Both the position numbers and the translations under genes were made by a program. Below, one piece after another: positions 59,700 through 64,000 of a DNA stretch of 64,000 nt. The notes under the pieces are model-generated. The model searched no databases. It was given only the letters and a program-made list of their open reading frames with translations, and was not told where the DNA came from. Source of the DNA: Pseudomonadota bacterium (lineage in GTDB: Bacteria; Bdellovibrionota; FAC87; UBA2466); contig JAYSWN010000091.1 in assembly GCA_043718025.1 (NCBI GenBank), forward strand, positions 1,882-65,881, read 5' to 3'. The stretch's first letter is position 1; the number at the start of each line of letters is the position of its first letter.

Positions 59700-60626
59700 T
59701 TATGCGGTCAACTCGTGCAGCCGCGAAAGCGCGACGTTTCCGCCGCTAATGAGACAGACCACCTTATGGTGTTTGGGCTTAACTTTGCCCGCCAATAAAG
59801 CCGCCACGGTAATCGCCGCCCCTGGTTCAACCACCAGTTTTTGCTCGGCCGCCAAGAAACGCAATGCCACTTTGATCTCCTCGTCGGTGATCATGTGAAG
59901 CTGGTCGACGTGCTGACGCACTAAATTCTTAGTTTGTTCACCCGGGGTGGCCGGCACCAGCGCATCGGCAATCGTAGTTCCGGTCATAAAGTCACCCATC
60001 CAGCGATTGGCTTGCGGAAGCAGACCAATAATCTGACAAAGGGGCCGCGTGGCTTTGATTGCGGTAGAAACTCCGGCCGCCAAGCCACCTCCGCTTACGG
60101 GAACGAGTAACGTGAATTCGTCGGGAAGTTGTTGAATCAGCTCCAGGCCAATCGTGCCGTCGCCGGCGATCGCTTCCAGAGAGTCATACTGATGAAGCCA
60201 AACGCCGCCGGTGTCGTCCAACACCTCTTTTAGCTTCGCCGCCCGAGCTTCGCCGGAGTCGTCGCTCAAAATCACTTCGCCGCCCAGTCGTTGAGTGAGT
60301 TCCCTCTTCAGGGGTGAAGAGCTCTTCATCATCACAACTTTGACCGGAACCGAAAACTCGTTAGTGGCATAGGCCACGGCAATGGCAAAATTTCCCGACG
60401 AACTGGCCACCACGCCAAACTTACGGGCCTCATCCATCTTGCTCAGTAAACCGTTAAAGGCCGGCCGAGTTTTAAACGAGCCGGTAAGCTGCTGGCTTTC
60501 AAGTTTGAGCCAAACATTGTAGGGCTTTCCCAGCACTTGACTTAACTGTCGAGAAAACAGAAGCGGTGTCTCGTGAACATAGGGATCAATCCGCTTTTTT
60601 GCCTCTTGAAAACTTTTTAAGTCCAT
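59700..60626 (-). CDS. PLP-dependent threonine/serine dehydratase family protein
   Basis: 'LKLESQQLTGSFKTRPAFNGL' carries the PLP-lysine motif. Gly-rich 'VSGGGLAAG'. Confidence 0.75.
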   Translation of the reverse strand: MDLKSFQEAKKRIDPYVHETPLLFSRQLSQVLGKPYNVWLKLESQQLTGSFKTRPAFNGLLSKMDEARKFGVVASSSGNFAIAVAYATNEFSVPVKVVMMKSSSPLKRELTQRLGGEVILSDDSGEARAAKLKEVLDDTGGVWLHQYDSLEAIAGDGTIGLELIQQLPDEFTLLVPVSGGGLAAGVSTAIKATRPLCQIIGLLPQANRWMGDFMTGTTIADALVPATPGEQTKNLVRQHVDQLHMITDEEIKVALRFLAAEQKLVVEPGAAITVAALLAGKVKPKHHKVVCLISGGNVALSRLHELTA

Positions 60627-60668
60627 AGACGGAATTATACACCGGCCGGGTAACTCGTCGATAAATGG

Positions 60669-61277
60669 TTAGGAATTACAGCCAATCAAAAAATCGCTCC
60701 AGGTCTTCTCTAAAGCCTGAGCTTCTTGAAGTCGGGCGATAACTTGCTGTAAGTCTTCAAGCGCGACGGCGTTCTTTTTGTAAAGGATTTCGTTTCGATG
60801 CACTTCCTTAGTATAGAACTCCGCGAATGGCGCCCACGTGTTGCGTCGGTGCTTTGCTTTTTCACAACGCGTTGCCTCTCTCAAATTATTTAGTTCCGCA
60901 AGTAATTTGGGATCGATCTGCTCTTTGGGCAGGCTTTGGTGCTCAATGATTTTGAGGCGAATCTGCTGTATTTTCTCTTCGGCCGCCAATACCAAGGCTA
61001 AAGATTCCGCCGCCAACTTTTCGGCCTCGGCCTGCTGCGTCTCGCTAATGGAAACGGCCGATGAAGACTGAAGTTTCTGTAACCGCTCAAACCTTGCCTG
61101 CCGAAAGAGTATGGCGGACTGCGCGGCCTCTTTACGCCCGTGGGTCTCGGCAATATCCTCTTTAATTGAATTCTTAAAATCGACCAGATCAACCGATCCT
61201 CGGCTATCGGCCATGACCAGGCTATCGGCCATGACCAGCGCACAAAAGAGAAAGCTTCCCAACAGACAACGCAACAT
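60669..61277 (-). CDS. Secreted coiled-coil protein with an 18-nt tandem duplication near the signal-peptide end
   Basis: Start 'MLRCLLGSFLFCALVMADSLVMADS'. The ORF runs further upstream, but that extension is not signal-like. Confidence 0.45.
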   Translation of the reverse strand: MLRCLLGSFLFCALVMADSLVMADSRGSVDLVDFKNSIKEDIAETHGRKEAAQSAILFRQARFERLQKLQSSSAVSISETQQAEAEKLAAESLALVLAAEEKIQQIRLKIIEHQSLPKEQIDPKLLAELNNLREATRCEKAKHRRNTWAPFAEFYTKEVHRNEILYKKNAVALEDLQQVIARLQEAQALEKTWSDFLIGCNS

Positions 61278-61569
61278 GATCCCACCCCAAATAGTTATTT
61301 TCCCCGTGTTCCTAAACTCTTTTCGCCAAGAAAAAATGTCACGCCGGTACGTAGCTAACGCCAAAGTATCGTTATCAAACGCTATGCCGCAAAGCGGCAC
61401 CACTGCTCAGCAATTGACCACTAATAATCTTGAATATTTCTGTCCTCTTGCGGAATACGGTGAGGCACGGGCCTTGCTTTGTGTTTGGTCGTCAGGCTGA
61501 AGGCCAGCCTTAGAGAATTTCGCAAGAAGTTTTGTAGAGTCGTGCCTTTTGGCCCATGGAGGTTACTGC

Positions 61570-61773
61570 ATGAATAAACTCCTACTATTGGGGCTTGCGG
61601 GCCTAGCAATTTCAACGACCACAATGGCCGTTGAGACGCTACCCACTGCTTCTGATTCGTCGAGGGAGACAACGACACTTTCCGCCAGTGAACCCGGTGT
61701 AACGCGAGAAATCGCGCGCCACCGTCGACACCGGCGAAATCGGCACCGGAGACATCACCGGCGCCATCGCTAA
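61570..61773 (+). CDS. Small secreted peptide (67 aa) with Arg/His-rich C-terminal tail
   Basis: 'MNKLLLLGLAGLAISTTTMA' signal peptide. Ser/Thr-rich middle. Tail 'HRRHRRNRHRRHHRRHR'. Hairpin terminator follows. Confidence 0.45.
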   Translation: MNKLLLLGLAGLAISTTTMAVETLPTASDSSRETTTLSASEPGVTREIARHRRHRRNRHRRHHRRHR

Positions 61774-61776
61774 GTT

Positions 61777-61800
61777 AAAACGCTAAAAGCGTTTTAATTT
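61777..61800 (+). terminator. Hairpin terminator after the small peptide gene
   Basis: 'aaaacgct-aaa-agcgtttt' then 'aattt'. Confidence 0.45.
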
Positions 61801-61861
61801 GGCACAACAGGATTCCCCGTTTCTACGGGGAAAGCGGAAGCGGGTTGGTTCCCTTTGGGAA

Positions 61862-62260
61862 TCAGCCCGTTTTCTTTTTCGGCGTCTTCTTTTTGATGTA
61901 AGGACAAAAGCTCGGGCGGGGTCCGAGTTCAGTAGGAAATTTTCGGCAAACGTCGGGGCGAGTTTCGTAAACTTTGCAGCGCCGTTCTCGATCGAGAAAA
62001 ACACAATCCCCAAGGGGGCTCTGCTGAAGTGTAAAGAGACCGCTGGCGGCGCGAAAACTCTGCACGACGCGCTCCTTAATGAGCCGCGCCGCAATCTTCT
62101 TAAGACTGCCCTTTGCCTCATCTTCAAACATCAGACCCAATCGCACTAAATCACTAGCGCTCACTTCTACCGGCAAGGTGCAACAACCTCCGCTGCAGTC
62201 CTGACACAGGCTGGGGCGATAGCGGATCCACGTCGATGGTTTACCAATGTCCACGTCCAT
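61862..62260 (-). CDS. YkgJ-family (UPF0153) Cys-rich Fe-S/Zn-binding protein
   Basis: 'CQDCSGGCC' is a Cx2Cx3CC motif, plus downstream Cys. The ORF's apparent 5' extension derives from an A/T homopolymer and was discarded. Confidence 0.55.
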   Translation of the reverse strand: MDVDIGKPSTWIRYRPSLCQDCSGGCCTLPVEVSASDLVRLGLMFEDEAKGSLKKIAARLIKERVVQSFRAASGLFTLQQSPLGDCVFLDRERRCKVYETRPDVCRKFPTELGPRPSFCPYIKKKTPKKKTG

Positions 62261-62318
62261 AAAGTGCGCCCAGACTAACTCAGCCGTTTTATAAAAAACA
62301 AAAAAAATCACGGCGCTA

Positions 62319-62347
62319 TTGTTATCGTCGATTTATTGCTATATATT
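62319..62347 (+). promoter_or_regulatory. Sigma70-like promoter (TTGTTA-17 bp-TATATT)
   Basis: Read directly from the sequence. Lies in the AT-rich divergent region, 39 nt upstream of the micro-ORF start. Confidence 0.5.
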
Positions 62348-62385
62348 TATCCGAAGTTTATTTCTTACCTGAAAGGAGGTAGCGA

Positions 62386-62478
62386 ATGACAAATCAAACC
62401 GTATCCCCAGCAACTTGTAAGGTTGTTTCCGGAACCGTTCTGCCCGCTATCTCCGGCATTCTCCGTACCTGTTACTGA
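62386..62478 (+). CDS. 30-codon micro-ORF (MTNQTVSPATCKVVSGTVLPAISGILRTCY) with consensus SD
   Basis: 'GAAAGGAGG' 7 nt upstream of the ATG. Promoter immediately upstream. Not in the >=60-aa ORF track. Confidence 0.4.
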   Translation: MTNQTVSPATCKVVSGTVLPAISGILRTCY

Positions 62479-62718
62479 AAATCCCGTAGAAATAGCACGC
62501 GCTTAATTGCGCAATGATATCCGCGTTTTCACGTTAGTTCGGCATGTTGCCTTGAACGTCGTTGAGCGCCATTGATTGGCCTAGGCTTGGCCTACGCCGA
62601 TGAGGAATTTATGTCACAATCTGCTTTGGCCACTAGGCCAGTTACTTCTTTTATCGAAGTAAGAAACCGACCCGCGCGTAGAGCGCGCTGGATCAGAATT
62701 TCACTTCTGCTCTTTAGA

Positions 62719-62756
62719 GCTTCGCAAACCGCGAAGTTTTGGAGACGTTTTTTTTC
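62719..62756 (+). terminator. Intrinsic terminator within the leader of the MATE gene
   Basis: 'gcttcgc-aaacc-gcgaagt' then tttt...ttttttttt. Confidence 0.5.
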
Positions 62757-62910
62757 TGAAACAATGACCAGTGATCTGGTTCAACACGTCGCACCCCATT
62801 CTCCACCGTTAAAACGGAGCGAATGGGAAATGATTAGCCAGAAGGACTACGCCCGCGAGGCGTGGGCCAGAAATTACTAATTTACCACCGTTCATGGATT
62901 GGAAAATTCA

Positions 62911-64000
62911 ATGTTGGGGATTGAAAACAAGAAAGAGCTTAAAGCGCTCACCCTCTTAGCTTGGCCCATCGTTGGCACTCAGCTGCTTCATCTCACGATG
63001 CAAGTCGTGGATAGTGTCCTGGTGGGGCATTTGGGGGTAGATCCGCTTGCCGCCATTGGCATGGCAAGCGCCTACTACTCTATTTTACTTTGCACCTGCC
63101 TGGGATTTTTATCGGCATTGGGGCCACTTATCTCGAGGGCGGCGGGTGCCGGGCACTACTTGCAAGCCGGTCGACTCTTTAAGCAGGGGTGGCTGGTGGC
63201 GCTGACGCTGAGCTTCGTTTTAATCGCGGGAAATTTATTTTCTCCCGTGGTTTTTCGGGCGATGGGGCAGCCGGCCGCGCTCATTCCGATTGCGGCCGAA
63301 TACCTAAGAATAATTTCATTTGGCGCGCCGGCGGCGCTTACCTTTATCGCACTTCGGCAGTTTACCGAAGGCACGTCGAACACCAAGCCATCTATAGTAA
63401 CGGCGGCATTCGGATCTCTCATCCATATATTATTAGCCTACGCCCTTATCTACGGAAAATTTGGGCTACCTGCATTGGGAACCAAAGGGGCCGCGATCGG
63501 AACCACGGCCGCCTACTGGGGAATGACCTTGGCCCTTGCGGCTTATACCAAGTGGGCGCCCGAGATGAAAAAATATTCTGCCTGGAGTGGTAGCTACACC
63601 TTCGATCGAAAGGTGATCGGGGAAATCGCGCGCATTGGAGCCCCGATGTCAGGTTCCTGGCTATCCGAGGTCGGCTTTTTTAGCTGCTCGACCATTGCCG
63701 CCGGATTAATTGGTACCCATTCTTTAGCGTCGCACCAAATCGCGCTTAACGCCACGTCGTTTGTGTTCATGGTACCAATTGGAATTGGTTTTGCCGTGGC
63801 GATTCGCGTGGGGAGTTTTGTGGGACGGCGGGACACCGTTGGATTCAAACGAGCCGCTAACGTGGGGCTGATGCTTACGGTTCTTTATGAATCTCTTACA
63901 GCGATGCTATTTCTCACCTGCGCCCCTTTTATTGCTAAGCTTTATACCCGCGACCCGCTGCTCGTGCCTTTGGCCGTCTCCCTATTGCAAATTGCCGGGC
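62911..64000 (+). CDS. MATE-family multidrug/toxin efflux transporter (NorM/DinF-like), 3'-truncated by window edge
   Basis: 'LAWPIVGTQLLHLTMQVVDSVLVGHLG...LAAIG' MATE N-terminus. 12-TM-type hydrophobicity. No stop before the window end. Confidence 0.8.
   Translation, partial: MLGIENKKELKALTLLAWPIVGTQLLHLTMQVVDSVLVGHLGVDPLAAIGMASAYYSILLCTCLGFLSALGPLISRAAGAGHYLQAGRLFKQGWLVALTLSFVLIAGNLFSPVVFRAMGQPAALIPIAAEYLRIISFGAPAALTFIALRQFTEGTSNTKPSIVTAAFGSLIHILLAYALIYGKFGLPALGTKGAAIGTTAAYWGMTLALAAYTKWAPEMKKYSAWSGSYTFDRKVIGEIARIGAPMSGSWLSEVGFFSCSTIAAGLIGTHSLASHQIALNATSFVFMVPIGIGFAVAIRVGSFVGRRDTVGFKRAANVGLMLTVLYESLTAMLFLTCAPFIAKLYTRDPLLVPLAVSLLQIAG

Noticed and set aside
62261-62311. N-terminal extension of the YkgJ-like ORF (MIFFVFYK...)
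   Set aside because: It comes from translating an A/T homopolymer in the divergent promoter region and starts with GTG. The conserved Cys-rich domain starts after the internal Met, so the gene start is set at 62260.
62572-62880. 102-aa ORF in the MATE leader region
   Set aside because: No SD. Arg-rich nonsense-like composition. It spans the intrinsic terminator hairpin, so the region is better explained as structured non-coding leader.
1-64000. CRISPR arrays, rRNA operons, transposases/integrases, toxin-antitoxin pairs
   Set aside because: Scanned for direct-repeat/spacer periodicity, rRNA-like conserved stretches, DDE/tyrosine-recombinase motifs and short adjacent ORF pairs. None were found. 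Repeats present are only the intragenic microsatellites reported above.

Overview
Both strands are densely coding, at roughly 55% GC. It reads as a Gram-negative chromosomal region, possibly from a Bdellovibrionota-like predatory or deltaproteobacterial genome, but that placement is a guess.

Recognisable housekeeping genes: the C-terminal part of mltG, a YciA-like thioesterase, hbd, an amino-acid permease, a 7TM-HD protein with ybeY, a class I lysyl-tRNA synthetase, lolC/E, rpoZ, rnr, ubiB, pal with a CpoB/YbgF-like gene, ctp, tsaD, rsmA/ksgA, panB-panC, smpB, a threonine/serine dehydratase, and the 5' part of a MATE efflux gene.

There is a complete ferredoxin / MoxR / DUF58 / BatA / BatB(+TPR) / BatD aerotolerance-type operon.

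The window is unusually rich in signal-peptide and lipoprotein genes of unknown function. It also holds several secreted peptidases: M14, M10 matrixin-like, S41, and a possible clan-CD cysteine peptidase.

No rRNA, CRISPR array or obvious mobile element was seen. One possible tRNA/tmRNA-like inverted repeat at 18554-18660 was examined and did not fit a cloverleaf.

The most novel-looking items are:
- a promoter-, SD- and terminator-equipped 30-codon Cys-containing micro-ORF with a long hairpin-rich leader upstream of the MATE pump;
- a small secreted peptide with an Arg/His-rich C-terminal tail;
- an HTTM-domain (vitamin-K gamma-carboxylase-like) membrane protein translationally coupled to an unknown partner;
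- a pyruvate-kinase homolog with degraded catalytic motifs and a signal-peptide-like N-terminus;
- an RNase R whose basic low-complexity region is N-terminal;
- perfect short tandem repeats inside two surface-protein genes;
- a 9-bp perfect inverted repeat bracketing about 90 nt in a 680-bp intergenic region.

All functional calls are from reading motifs by eye, with no database searches run.
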